Counted from the stretch's first letter, positions 40,898 to 55,977 are shown. The stretch: 64,000 bases of DNA from Octopus sinensis (GCF_006345805.1 NC_043008.1:42098001-42162000), one strand, 5' to 3'. The notes: generated from the sequence alone by a model not told the origin. Numbers and translations: made by a program.

Positions 40898-43800
40898 GCA
40901 GACAGATAGATAGATAGATATGTTTCTTTATTAGCCACACAGGGCTGCATACAGACGGGGTAAATTACAAGGTAGAGCTTTTCTTTTGGGGGATAAAAAA
41001 GGGGGTAGGTTTTCGAAAAAAAGGGATCGTAAATAGAAAAGAAAAAGGAAATGGAAAGAGGATAGATAGATAGATTTATAGGTAAATATACCCATAGATA
41101 TATGTGCATGTGCGTGTATGTGTAAATAGTAAATAGTAATATTTGTGATAAAATAACTGACTGTGCGACAAAAGAGAGAGAGAGAGAGAGAAACATTTAC
41201 CGTTCAATAATGAGAGAAGGAAAAATAAGAAGAATACTGAATCAGGATAAGACATCTAGAAAATGTAAGGGAACAACTGAACGTTGCTTAAAATAAAGGC
41301 TAATATACGATAAAAATAGAATTTTATAAAATTACAATAAAAATGAAATACAATAAAATTACAATAAAAATGAAATACGATAAAATTATTATAAAAAGAC
41401 ATTATGAATGTAATCAAATAACAATAAAAATAACGAAAATATAAAATAAAGATTAAATGCCATAGAATACAAAACTACAGTAAATATAATAAAATTATAG
41501 CGAGAATAAAATATAAATGAAATTCAATAAAACACATTGAAAATACAATAATCGTGCGATAAAAATGTCCACAAACAAAATAACGATGAAGATTTGTACA
41601 AAACTTCATCCATTTTCCAGTTATGGGGTGATAAGGGCTATTATGGATGGTTTTTGTATTCCAGCTCAATACACTTGGAAAACACTTAGCTATGAATGGA
41701 GAGAAAGGCAAACAAGAGGTTTACAGATTGTAAAAAAATCGAGACCAATTCAGAGAAATAAAGAAAGCGGGGATGAAAGAGGGAAGAGGGGTTAAGCGGG
41801 AGGGAAGAAAAACATAAGAGAGAGATGAAGAGATGAAGGTGGTGTTGGTGGTTGTATTGGTGGTGTTGGACGTTCAATATTTGCAGTACAAGAAAATATG
41901 GTTGATCTGTGTTTAAATATGTAAGAAACGATGCAATAAAATAAAAGATTTGGAATGTGTACAGTATCCATTTTCTAGGCTTGAGATCTGTTGTCAATAT
42001 TGAAAAGAAGACAAGAGGAGACGACGCAGTTTTTTTTTTAATAATCTCCAGTCCCCAGCGATAACCCTTTCAAAAACCCTTACCTGCTAGAGAGCTTTTG
42101 GTAAAAGAATAATCGATCGGGTTATGAATGAGAAATAAACATAAGATACGAAGACAACCTTAGGAAACGTGTTAAACATTGAAGAATTTCAAAGAGTTTT
42201 CAAGAAATTCCACTTCTACTATTTCAGTTTAATTAGCACTGGATTAGAATAGAATTCCATAGAACAAACAAGTTTTCGCGATCTAATGGTGAAGAAGCAG
42301 TACGCAGCTCTTGCAAACATATGGTTGGTTTCTTTTATAAATATCTGATTTCTTCGTATCATAATTATATTATGTGTATATTCGCGTGCGCATGTGTGCG
42401 TGTGCACAGAACGTGCGAGAGAGGGGGGATGGAGGAAGAGAAAGAAAAGAAAAATAGATAAGTAAATAGATAGATTGGTTGATAGACGTAGAGAGAGGTA
42501 AAATGATTATTTATTTACGTAAACAGGTAAAAGCACAGAATACATAAAATAAAGCGTTTATATTTTAACACAATTTGAAGTTGGTGATTATTCTGATTAT
42601 CTAAAATAGGGGAGCAGTTTCACAATATCCGAGAAAAGACATTCACATGTTCAAATTTTAATCTGTCATCGAGATGTAATTGCTGGCTGAAAAATAAAAA
42701 AACCACCTTAGTCAGTGAGTCATACATTCATCTATTCAATTCTATTCAACTCTCTTTGGAATTGTTCATGAAATACGAGGTTTGATAAAACATAAAAGTA
42801 GCGGAACTGGTGCTAGAGGAAGAAAACTACAATACATCTCAATTGGGCCTTTAATTTCCTTCGAAGTAATCCCCTTCTGAAGCCAGAAAGACGGACGGAC
42901 GAACGGTCGAACGGACGGACGGACGGACGGACGGATGGACGGACGGACGGACGGACGGACGGACGGATGGACAGAGGGACGGATGGTTGGATGGATATAC
43001 AAGTTAGAAGTATGAGAGAGTAGAGGAGAAATTGAGGTGAAAAAGAGACAGAAGGATGTGTGAATTACAGAGGATAGAATATGATCAGAAGACTGCTACA
43101 GATGTACAAACTTAACGCCATTTTCAGTTTGAGAACAAAAATATAAAATAAACGATGAAGTTGCATTTAGTGCTAACGTTTTGTTTAGCAGCTTGGAGTA
43201 AAGAACAGGTGAACATAGTGTTTTGAGCTGCTCAACAATGCGACTGTCAATTATTTATATAAAGACACAAGAGCTTACTGATCTATGAGTTGGTGAACCT
43301 AGATCAAAGGGGGTGAAGTGATGTTCAATAGGATTATTATCCTGTTGAACTGAGAACTGCATCAAAGGGATGCATGCGTCTGCTGTTGATAGAAATATTT
43401 ATCTTAGAAGAAGTGAGGCCATTGACTATGGAAGTTTAGAGATATATGTATTCATTGCACTCACGTTTACTACGTGAGTGTGTGTGTGTTACAAGAACTG
43501 AAGTATCGTTAATACAAACATTTTCTTCTTAGTCACGAGAAATGAAAGTGAAAGTTGCTATGGTGTTGTTGTTGCTGTTAGAATTCGTTGTTGTAGTTGC
43601 TGTTGTTGTTCTCGCTGTTGTTCTCCTTGTTTTGTTTTGTTTTTTGCTGAGTAAAACGTATCAGCTTGCTTCATTCAAACTTATAACATCAAAGAAATAT
43701 GTAATCCATCGCATCATAACAATATTTGAAAAGACACCCAACTCATAGCAACAGCGACAATATGCAGCTGAGCAAATCTGGCTCAGGATTTATGAATGCA

Positions 43801-45731
43801 ATTAAGTCACCTAATATTAAAGATCCTAAAACAACATCTTTTCGTTTATTCTACTTCATTCACCATTATTACCAAAAGCTGTCCATGTATAATGGAACAT
43901 CATCAAACAACTTCAAATTCACTTAGTGAAGAGCAGAGAGATTTTTGCCATGGATTTGGCGTCAGTTTGTTACCACCATTACTTATAGCAATTTGTATGT
44001 ATATTACTGCATTGTAACATGTAATCACCAATTACTGATGGATTCTGCTGGTGAATTTTATTACCACAAATGGTATCTACGTTTTACCTGGATTGTGACC
44101 ATCACAGTGATTTACTTACGTGTGATTCTTTCAGGTTCATTAGTACCTAATGTCACACACCAATACAATAATGGCATTGAATGTATTGATATTGTATCGT
44201 AACCATCAGATCAATATTCAAAGAATTCTATAACTGAATACCATCTTTAATTAACCTCTTCGGAGTTTTCTAAGGCCGTATTTAAAAATCTACGAGCGGC
44301 AGTGAAACATAATTTGGCCAATTGAAAGTATGTCTAAGGATCAAGTAAAGATGATTGCATCGAATTACCAAAATCTCGCTGACATGTCATATTCCGTGAT
44401 GCTTTCTTAATTGGCAAGTTTAATATCGCTGTAGCACTTACTTTATTCTTGTCATTGCTTTGGTTGTTGGTACTGGTGTTGCTTGCAGGGATACTGGAAT
44501 GAGAACGACATCGACTAACGTGAATATGGACCGTTGTCCGGCTCTCAGCAACAGGGGCTGAGATCGTTTTATGGGTGTATAAGCTTCTTTGACAATATGG
44601 TGCTACTTTGGCCTGTGATCTAGAACTTCAAGGGCGATTACTTTAGGTTAGTTTTCCTTGCAAAACGCGCGGCTACCAAACTCGTGTCCTTTACACGCTT
44701 ATTCTAATTACCATATTGTTTATTCTTGGTTTCTTATTATTATTATTTGCTAAGACAAAAGTGGCGAGCTGGCAGAATCGTTAGCATTCCAGCCAAAATG
44801 CTTAGCGGTATTTCGCCCTTTGCTACGTTCTGAGTTCAAATTTCGCTGAGGTCCACTTTGCCTTTCATCCTTTCGGGGTGGATAAATTGAGTACCAGTGA
44901 AACACTGCTGTCAATATAATCGACTAACCTCTCCCCTAAAATTCCAGGCCTTGTGCTTATAATAAAAATCATTATTTACTAAGACATAGCTGAAACATGA
45001 CTTTATTATTATTAAAATAGTAAAAAGTTTGAAAAAATACATTTACAGTTCTAAGCATGTACAAAAGAATTTATCGCAAAAATTATTTTGCCAACATAAA
45101 ATAGCATCGACAATGTTTTCACCGTTATATTATCTGCAGAGTTCTTTTTACCATAATCTTCTCTCGTAAAATATTCTCTACGATTCAAGCAGATTTTATA
45201 AATCTGATATCGCACTTCTGTAAGTTGAGATTAAATTTCATTTTTACTTCTACCTTCGATTGCTTTTCTCCTTTTCTAAATTTTCTTTGCATTTTAACTG
45301 TCTGCACGTTTTTCTGGTTTCTCTGGTATCTGTCTCTTTATATCAGTCTAGCTTACATGGAAAACCTAATCCGTTGTATTGTATCTATGGTTTCGCGCAA
45401 TAATGGCGCGGTGGAAGCATATACAGCCATACAGATGCTGTTTTCTGCTGCAAACACGATTTGTCCACATTCACGGGAATAAAACATCCAAGATAGTGAT
45501 CATGGTCTGTGTAACGAAGATTTTGCTAATTAGATTTCAGTTTGCATTTTATATGTGTATGCGCGCGCGTGCGTGCATGTGTGTGTGTCTGTGTGTTATA
45601 TAGGTACAGAGTTGTGACCGGAAGATAATAACTACGATGGAACCAAGCTTTAAAGAAATACTGAGTTTTTTCACTTTTTACTATTTTCTATATATTCAAC
45701 CACGTGCTTTCACACACCAACTTTCTCACCT

Positions 45732-45794
<63 letters not shown>

Positions 45795-45796
<2 letters not shown>

Positions 45797-46182
45797 CGCA
45801 GGAGTGGTTGTGTCTTAAGTAGCTTGCTTACCAGCCACATGGTTCCGGGTTCATTCCCACTGCGAGCCACCTTGGGCAAGTGTCTTCTACTATAGCCTCG
45901 AGTCGACCAAAGCGTTGTGTGTGCATTTGGTAGTCGGAAAAGGAAAGAAGCCCGTCGTATATATGTATATATATATGTACGTGTGTGTATATGTTTGTGT
46001 CTGTGTTTGTCCCCCGAACATCGCTTGACAACAGATGGTGGTGTGTTTACGCCCCAGTAACTGAGCGGTTCGACAAAATATACCGATAGAATAAGTACTG
46101 GGCTGACAAAGAATAAGCGCTGGGGTCGATTTGTTCGATTAAAGGCGGTCAAATGACTGAAACGAGTAAAAGAGTAAACGAA
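45795..46182 (+). mobile_element. Near full-length tRNA-derived SINE, family A
   Basis: Head ggcgcaggagtgg..., gggcaagtgtcttctactatagcc box, internal (TA/TG)n, tail aaatgactgaaacgagtaaaagag. Partial copies at about 1480-1665, 3965-4160, 10690-10760, 23170-23275, 23640-23757, 24045-24206 and 25900-26010. Confidence 0.85.
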
Positions 46183-48859
46183 TAGAATGTGTGCATATAT
46201 ACATACGTATATGTACATACTTACATATATATATAAATATATATATATACATATATACATACATATATACACACACACATACATACATACGTACATACAT
46301 ACATACATATATACATACATATGTGGGCACAGGACGTCACGAAACGTGTACAAATACGAAGTACGAGTACATGGAATATGAACTATTGTTTTCGAACAAC
46401 AAACGACAAATGGAAAACATGACAAACAACATAAAGAACGACCCTTCATCATTTGTTGGCTGTATTTTTTTCTAGTCTCGTATTTCGAGCATTTAACAAC
46501 AATATACGCTTACGATAAAACAGTTGCTCCCTCAAAGCAACTTAAATATAACTAGGGATTCTGCGGAGGGGCGAAATAGGTATCACAAACAGGATAGTGA
46601 AAAGAAACAGGAAGGGCTGCTAAACCTAACCGAGGCTGTGATGGCGAACGCGTAAATCAAGGTTGGACAGGAGACAGACAAGAACAAGTCTTTCTTGTTC
46701 CAGCTACAACGGAGAGAAAGAAAGAAACACAAGTTAGGAGAAGAAAGATGGCCGATGGTCACATAGGTGCCACGTGAGCAAGGGAGGCAGAGTGAGGGAG
46801 AGAGAGTAACAGAGTTACAGGATAGAATTGAGGGAGAAGAGGAGGTTAACGAATAAGAGAGAGAAAGAGAGAAAACGAAAGAGTAAAAAGATCGTATACA
46901 TATATATATATGTATGTATCTGTGTATATATGTGTCTGTCTGTTTGCTTGTATGTATGTATGTATGTACACTCAGTCCTATAAAATTATTTGGCTGAATC
47001 GGTAGAACGTCGGGAAATTGTCTTTCAGTATTTCTTCATCCCTGTATCCTGAGTTCAAATTTCAACGATGGCAGTTATGCCTTTCAACGGAAAGCTGATG
47101 TCATCGTCTAAACTCCTCCTATATCATGGTACGTCATACGTCATTATATGTACGTCATTGACATGTACGTCATTAACATACGCCATTGGTAAACACGTCA
47201 TTGACAAATTCGTCATTATTGTGTCGAAAGTTAAATCCATATTGCGCAAGAATTGGTCGAATCTGCGAAGAAGAGGCTAAAGATGAATTGTGATCGAAAT
47301 CCATGAGCAGTTGTTGTATTTATTCTTCTTAGTGTTGCTGGTGTTGCTGTTAATATTGGTGATGCAGTTGTTAATTAGCATCGGATCTGCCCTACTGACA
47401 AAGGCATTCCAAATCTGATCTTCCCACCGTGTTAACGTATATGGATCTACATTAACCAATTTATCATTCTTTATATAACATGCACAAATGTAAATGGAGG
47501 GCGATTTAGTTATTTATTAGCTGCAAGCGTAGCGATTGCCTCTTATGCCCCACTTTTCAACAAGCGTATTGAATAACATTACACATTCCTGACACTCACT
47601 CATGCGATCACTGGATAATTCGCCTTCCTGATCTCATCAATAATCAAACGATAATTTATACCAGCACTATATATATATATAGAGAGAGAACACAATAATA
47701 TACACACATGTCTGTACGCACACATATACACTCAATCACATAAACTCGGACTTTTGCAAGACTGATTGTTAGAGAAGATCCATACCATGAAAAGAAGAAT
47801 TTCTCTCTGGCAGCGACATACGAAAAGATTTCTATAGAACTACGCAAACTAAATTTGAACCTATACACGTGCTCGCACACACACATGCCTACCTACATAC
47901 ATGCATAAATGCATACATACATATATATGCATACCTACATACATGAATACATGCATACATGCATATATATATATCTACATACATACACATACATACAAAC
48001 ATGCAGACATACATACATACATACATATATTCGTGAATACATACATGCAGACGTGTATACATATATACATACATGCATGCATACATAGATACATACATAC
48101 ATGCATACATACAAATAAATCATACATACATACATGCATACATACATACAAATAAATCATACATACATACATGCATGTATACACACACATGTGTGCGTAT
48201 GTGTACATATATGTACGCATGCATGTACATGTCCACTCTCTCCCTCTGTCCACTTCTTCCTGTCTCCCTCTCCCCTCTCTATTTCTCTCTCTCACACACA
48301 CACACAACAACAACAACAATGTACACACTCCACACCCGCACACATATTCACATACACATACCTTCTCTTTCCTCATCAGTACACCTCGCAAGATTCGTCA
48401 CCTTGCTTAATTAACAAAGGATCTGACCAAATTACTAAAGAACATAACAAGAGCTGCTAATTACTCCATTCATACCATTTTAGGGACAGAAAATGCAATC
48501 AAAAGTCTTCTGCTAAAGCACACAGACATCATTGTCTTCACTCTTACCACATCACTCACTCACTCTATCTCTCTCTCCCTCTCTCTCCTTCTCTCTTATC
48601 TTTGTCAGTTATTATTTATTGTTTTGTTTTGTTGTTTTTGGTTTTCTCATAATAACAATAATAGGTTGTCATAGCAACACACAGTATTACGAAATTGATC
48701 AAAACTAAAAGAAAAAAAGTTATTGTAACATCACGAAATGTCTGTCACATAGTTTTAATCCAATATATCCCCACCACACACCCTTCTCTGTCATCGCTAT
48801 CGCTATCATCGTCATCACCATCACCATCATCATCATCATCATCATCATCATCGTCGTCG

Positions 48860-48925
<66 letters not shown>

Positions 48926-50690
48926 CCCACCACAATTATCATCATCATCACTATCACCATCATCATCATCTTCCCGGCCGTCATCATCCTCATCGTCGTC
49001 ATCATTATGGTCGTCATCGTTTCGACGACGTCGTTATACAAATATACATATGTATATGCATATACATATATTCAAACACCTACATACATACATGTGTTAG
49101 TCTGTATAATCTCTTTATAAAAAAAGCGTTAGCACTGCTGTTTATTAATTAAAAACTACAGACATAGAAGTGTGTGGACGAGACTGAGTACAGTACTAAC
49201 CAACAATATAATCGGGTCTTATTAAACTAACACCAATTAACCTTAATGCTAATTATTATCGTATTTCTGGCAAAGCTTCACTGATTACAAAGCATAATTG
49301 CAAATAAATACACAGGTAATAGTTCCACCCCAGCTGCGAACTTAGGATAATACAAATCTCTCGAACTGCCCGCTTAGAGGTCAGAGATCTTAGAGCATGT
49401 GTAATTCCTTCGGATTGTAATGTAAGGAATTATGCATTACTAACCAGTGATACGTTTAAGAATCTGTTTTATTAGCATATACATTCATTGAATTTGCGAG
49501 ACGGAGAAAATACACATATTTGCATTTTAACTCAGAAACTGCGAATCTAAATGTTGATTTGAATATCGGCGATCCAACTCGTATTTCAATGGAAACCGAA
49601 ATTGTTGGCTATGAGAAGTGTTCTATATCAATAACTAGCGATCTCCTTCAACACCAATTTTGAAATATTGTCTAATTGTCCTCAGCGAATACAATGTCTC
49701 CGAGGCAACTATCATTCATGAAAGCTCGTTACAAACTGATGCGACTTGTGCCGCAGTGAAGCTTCCCTTCACGATTAAACGTTTTTCCCTGATGCTTTCT
49801 TTTATACTGCAGCAGCCCCTCTCGCTAGAAACTATGATCTCCCATCTCTACAAACACAAGAACGTAATATGCAAAACAAACAGTAATACTCACTGCTTTT
49901 GGAAATAACGTATTAACGTTTTGGGAAAAGGGAACCGTTTTTACATCGTAGATCCGGCAGAAAATTTTCGTTTTCCATTTTAGCCAAACCCACCAATATT
50001 CCGGTTTATCTATTAATAAATTTATCCAAGCAACAGGGGTAAACCTCTATTTTGTCACGCAACCAAATATTCCTTAGGCACCTAGTCTTAAAGAAGCACA
50101 ACTGCGTATTGTCGTCCAGGAAAGACTATTCATGAAAGTTAAGTCAGGGTGATTATAGCTTAAATGAGTTTGAGCACTGGGTTACTTGGTTCGATACAAG
50201 CAGATATATTGATAAAGGGGTCCCTCCGTTCAAGAATGTAACAATTTTTTACTTTCTACAACACATTCTTCATACAAGAGTAATATAGAAACACTAACGT
50301 CCAACTACTTCAGCCAAAATTCTACTGAGAAGATATACATTTTTGACGAGAACAATCTTTCATATGACATTACAGGGGTCACTCCCTCAACCTAACACGT
50401 TCCTTGCTTTATGTCAAGCATGTTTCTTAGAAACCGTATTTACTTGCTAAAGATTTTCCTAAGGTAAGCTCTCTTTCAACAGAGTTCAAGTGCAGTCGAT
50501 AAATCACATAACCTTCTGTTCGACTGGAAATATAAAATCAATATTCCTATAACGTTATTAAGTAATACATAATTTCATATTACATTACAATTACAAGCCG
50601 GCTTCAACTCTAAGTGGAAACCGTTTGACTTTACTCCCGTTGTTGCTGTTGTTGTTGATGATGGTGGTTTTTCGTTTTTGTTGTTATTGT

Positions 50691-50927
50691 TAAAGTGATA
50701 GCATGTTGTCAACTTAATGTGACCATCCCATGAAAGGGAAGAATACTACTGTTATTTAGCCTGCGGAAACACCGTTTCCTGTTGGACTTGACACATTTCA
50801 TGTGTCCTTATGTTTTCAAAGTAGAGACAAGTCCAACAGGAAACGGTGTTTCCTAGGGCTAAATAACAGTAGCATTCTTCCCTTTCATGGAACTGTCAAA
50901 TTAAGTCGACAACATACTATCACTTTA
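50691..50927. mobile_element. Foldback / MITE-like element with 100-bp arms, TA at both ends
   Basis: 50691-50790 is the near reverse complement of 50828-50927. The loop contains a small hairpin, gacacat-ttc-atgtgtc. Confidence 0.75.
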
Positions 50928-52264
50928 TGGTGCTGCTCCTGCATGAATCTCTGAGAGATTCAGAAATGTATTATTTCTGTTGTTGTTACTTCGTCACTGA
51001 TTATCTATCATCGTATAGATCTATAATCAAAGATCTCATAGCTCTGATGATTCCATTAACTGGGTACCGTTTTAAGATAGTAGGTTGCGATATGAGATAG
51101 AAAGATATGAAGATTTGACTGTTACTTATAGCTTGTCGAGCAGCCATACAGATACACTGCACTAAACTGTAACCCTCCTCACCACCGTCATCCCGTACAT
51201 AAGTCAATCAAGAGGAACTGAAAGGCAGACGCTTAACGCTTTACTTGCTAAGCTTACGTCTACAGATTTTTCTCTAGAAATTATAATCAGCGATGGTTTT
51301 TTTTCTTTTTTTTTTGTTACATCTTTTCGTACTTCAGGTGTCAGATATAAACAGCAACAACGAGATTGAAGAGTGGAGGCACATGGCCCAATGGTTAGAG
51401 CAGCGGAGTCGCGTTCGAATCTCAGACTGGGCGATGTGTGTGTTTATGAGCGAAACACCTAGGCTCCACGCGGCTCCGGCAGAAGGTAATGGCGAACTTC
51501 TGCTGACTCCATCGCCACAACCTTTTCTCACTCTTTCCTCCTGCATCTTGCAGCTCACCGGTGTCCCGTCCAGGTGGGGAACCTATACGCCAATGAAACC
51601 AGTAAACCGGCCCTTGAACCAGGCGTGGATCGAGAAGGAACAAACATCAATCCCTCGCCATATCACGTTTCACCTATCACGCGCTCAATACATCGCGGGT
51701 CACCTATCAGGCACTCGGTACATCACAGATTTTTCTAACTAATATATCTAAATTTATATCGCGCACTTCTCAGTTATCGCGGGTTTCTGTGGCCAATAGG
51801 TATTTATATATTTTAGAATTTAATTATTTCTGTAGGAGGTTTTGGAACGTGACACCTGCGATAGTCGAGGGATTATTGTATTTCAGTTTCTTCTCCTTCA
51901 TTAGCACCCATTCAACTGCTTAATCACACACGAACGCATTGTTTAAATATCTACTAAATACAGCGGTGTAATGTTATTGGTCTTTTCTAATTTTCCATAT
52001 GAGACACATTCCTGGACGTTGGTACGTAAACATCAATAACTTGTAGGGGCACGGGTCTCGTTTTTCTTTCATCACTTATTACCGATAATAATCCTTTCTA
52101 CTAAAGGCACATGGCCTGAAATTTTGAGGGAAGCAACCAGTGGATTACATCGACCACAGTGCGTAACTGGTATTTAATTTATCGACTCCCGAAAGGATGA
52201 AAGGCAAAGTCGAATCCGGTGGCATATGAATTCAGAACGTGAAGATAGACGAAAAACCTATTTC

Positions 52265-52489
52265 TTTACTACCCACAAAGGGCTAAACACAGAGGGGGAC
52301 AAACAAGGACAGACAAACGGATTAAGTCGATTATATCGACCCCAGTGCGTAACTGGTACTTAATTTATCGACCCCGAAAGGATGAAAAGCAAAGTCGACC
52401 TCGGCGGAATTTGAACTCAGATCGTAAAGACAGACGAAATACCGCTAAGCATTTTGCGCAGCCTGCTAACGATTCTGCCAGCTCGCTGC
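52265..52489 (-). mobile_element. Well-preserved SINE family B copy, tandem with an older copy at about 52090-52250
   Basis: Reverse complement of the family B head and core. Confidence 0.85.
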
Positions 52490-52530
52490 TTTCAATAATT
52501 ATATTAATAATAATGATGATGATGATGATG

Positions 52531-52611
<81 letters not shown>

Positions 52612-52902
52612 TTTCACAATAATAATACAATTGTCAGAAACTATATCCAGATACTACAGTAGAAATATTGAATTTATATCTAGCATGAAATTACAAGTTA
52701 TCATTAAAATATTTTCTGTGATTTTTTGATTAAAATCGTCGTCGCACGGCAATAAAATTTGATTATCAGCTTTCTCATATTGTTGTTGTCGTTGTTGTTG
52801 TTGTTGTCACTGCTGTTCCTGCTGTTGTTGTTGTTGTTGTTGATGAGGATTATGGTGACAATTATGATAACAATGATCATCAGTTTGTATCATCATCAGC
52901 AT

Positions 52903-52950
<48 letters not shown>

Positions 52951-53669
52951 AAGCAGCATCACCATCATCGTTATTTCAAATTGCTATTCGAGGTAAAAAA
53001 AAAAAAAATAATAATAATAGGGAATAGTAAATATATTATAAAATAAATAAAAATGCAATAAAATTATCCGAAAACCTGATCTTGTCCAAAATCATTATAT
53101 TCGATAATTTCTTTATTCTATTATTTTCTTGGAAGCCTGAAACAGCTAACCATAGCTAATTATATCTTTATTTCTACCTGTTTTTTGTCGCTTGGTTTTC
53201 ATTATCTTCATATAATTTCTCTCTAGATTTATCAACTGTTTCGGCTTTTTTTTAACCTTGTAAAGGTGTTTTCTTAAATTCATGGAATTCGAGCAAGTAA
53301 TATTCTACAAGTTTATTGAAATAATCCATGCAGTAAATTGATATTTTCCTCTGGCAACTTATGGTCTTTCCGTTGTATTTCAATATGAAAGTCTTTAGTT
53401 TTGTTAATCTTTTTTTCTTTTTAAAACGCTCCTCGACTACGAAGCTCTCTCCAACATTTATATACTCGCTTCTATATAAACTGTTTGTTATGTCTCTATA
53501 TTATTTACGCCATCTCTATAATTTTTAAAACATTTTCATATTTTTTCTTAAGTGCAAGAAATAACCACTGAAGTGAAGAAATAACCAACGGTTAATTTTA
53601 TGTGTTATTGAAGATGGGTAACAAATATCACACTTCATCGATGAAGCACAGTTCACTGATTTATTAGGG

Positions 53670-54120
53670 AGACCATCAATAGTCGAAGACAATGTTATAC
53701 AGTCTTCCTTATTGTGATACAAATCTCAGAATGGATCGATTAGCATCTTATGATGAGGTGAAAATGGCTCTCAAACAAATAAATACCAGTAGAACACCGG
53801 ATCGAGAAGGCTCTCCCGTCGAACTACTGAAGGCTAGAAGCGAACGGTATTAACCTCACCAGCAAAAGCTGGACTGGTCCCTCAATCCTAAGAGATTAGA
53901 TTTATGGCATTTTTCTACCAATGTCCAAGGGAAAAGAAGAAAAAGGAATTTGAGATCACCACTGGGGCATCGCATTCCTGGAAGCTGTCGGCAAAGTGCT
54001 TCCTAGTCTTTCGGTGAGCAGGTTGATGGAAGAGATTTGCTCTACACACATCCCTGAATTACGGTGGCTTTAGGCCAGGGAAAGAAAGAATGGCCAAGGT
54101 ATTCTCGCTAGACACATACA
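53670..54120 (+). mobile_element. RTE-type LINE ORF2 relic (linker and start of RT)
   Basis: Frameshifted RPSIVEDNVIQ / LPYCDTNLRMDRLASYDEVKMALKQINTSRTPDREGSPVELLK / DHHWGIAFLEAVGKVL / GFRPGK resembles the EEV..A.KQL...KAPG.DGIP.EL.K, NYRGISLL..GK and GFRPGR motifs. Confidence 0.75.
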
Positions 54121-54382
54121 CTGCTTCGACTAGTATTACGGTAGTTACGACATGGGCGGTCTATTGGAGCAAATCAGTCAATGTTGTTGACTGAATATTT
54201 ATTTCACCACGGTTCTCATTCCAATGGTATTCTTCGATGTTGTTGTTGTCTTTGTTGTTGTTGTTATTATTATTATTATTATTATTCAGGTCACTGCTTG
54301 GAATTGAACTCGGTATCTTGGGATTAGTACTCCGCGTTATTAACCACGTTGTGTGTGTCAGTCTGTGCGTGTGTGTATGTGT

Positions 54383-54470
<88 letters not shown>

Positions 54471-54985
54471 CTAATATATACGTACATACATATATATATA
54501 TACATATATAAAAAATTATATACGTACATCTTCATATATATTTCATATATATATATATCCACACAGCATATATGTACTCACACATACATACGTACACATA
54601 CACACGCAGAGAATAATATGTGGTAGAAGTTTAATATTGATTACCAATATATATTTATTTATTTATTTACTTCGTTTCCTAGGTGACAGTAATGTTAATA
54701 TATTTCATAGAGAAAAAACTGAACCTAAGCAATAATATTCAAATCTTTGCAACTGCAATCTTATGTTCGTTCTCATGTGATTAACCCGCAACGAAAATTC
54801 CATTGTATATATAATGTATTGAAGATAAACAGATTAGCAACAAAATGAACTGTAAAATACGGTGCCGATTGCTGTGATATGCATTTATTGTAATAAATAC
54901 CTGGCTTTCTATTAACACATTGTGATATTTTAATGTTTTAACGGCTTGGTAGACTAGAGATAGAGGTCTGAGCTGTTGAATAATT

Positions 54986-55378
54986 GTAACAGCGAGGACA
55001 AAAAGAAAGAGAAATGGAAGGAGGTGGAGGAGAACTACGGTCAGGAGAAGGAGGAGGAGAAGAAGAAGGCCGAGGACAATGAAAAGCAGACGATATCTAT
55101 ATATTTATAATGGTGATCATTATAAAGTGATTTTATATCTCTGCTGCTGTGGAAATATTTTTTGAGCAAATGGAAGAAAAATTTAGCTATATGTATGCCT
55201 ACATTTCAAGGTAGACTGTAACAGTTAATATTCCATTTTTAGTTTAGTTTGTAGTTAGAAAACCAACTCCTCCCAAAGCATCATTGTTCTCGGCATTCTT
55301 CATCTCCTCCTCCTTCTCCTGACCGTAGTTCTCCCCCACCTACTTCTATTTTTCTTTCCCTCAGTCCTCGATGTTAAC
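54986..55378. repeat. Inverted repeat pair, about 97-bp purine/pyrimidine-rich arms separated by about 198 nt
   Basis: 54986-55082 (ggagaactacggtcaggagaaggaggaggaga...) matches the reverse complement of 55281-55378. Confidence 0.85.
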
Positions 55379-55977
55379 GCTATTTCTGAGTCCCACGTTC
55401 GAATGCTACAGTTGCAATATTGGGAGATGGATAAGTCGAGAGACAGAGAGTGTTTGCAAATTCCAGATTAGTTTCTATTTTGATATCTATATCATCTTGA
55501 ACCTAACATATAACCTTTATATATTACCTTAAAGTATAGATATATAACCTTTACAGGTTTGGGGTGAATATATAGCATTTAACGAGGCGACAGGTCTCTT
55601 TCCCGATCTTATCTGCAGAGCTAGCCTTACCGGTTTTGAGTACCAGCAGGTTATAAGGACAATGAAGACCACCTCGGAAACGGAAACTGATATCTTAACG
55701 CTGGATGCAAGAAATACATACATACATACATACATACATACATACATACATACATACATGCATACATACATACATACATACATACATACATACATACATA
55801 CATACATACATACATACATACATACGTGCGTGCATGTATATAAACTTAAGTGTATATACATGTGTATGTATGTATACACAAATATATATGTACGTATACA
55901 CACATACGTATATATATATATATATGTGTGTGCATACATGAATGCATATACATATGGAGAAAAAAATAAATAGATGC

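Noticed and set aside
42890-42990. (GACG)n CpG-rich tetranucleotide tract as a regulatory island
   Set aside because: Simple-sequence repeat grading into (GGAT)n; no other promoter evidence.
43726-44202. Three overlapping plus-strand ORFs
   Set aside because: No recognisable motif or splice signals and no way to choose a coding frame; short ORFs of this size are expected by chance.
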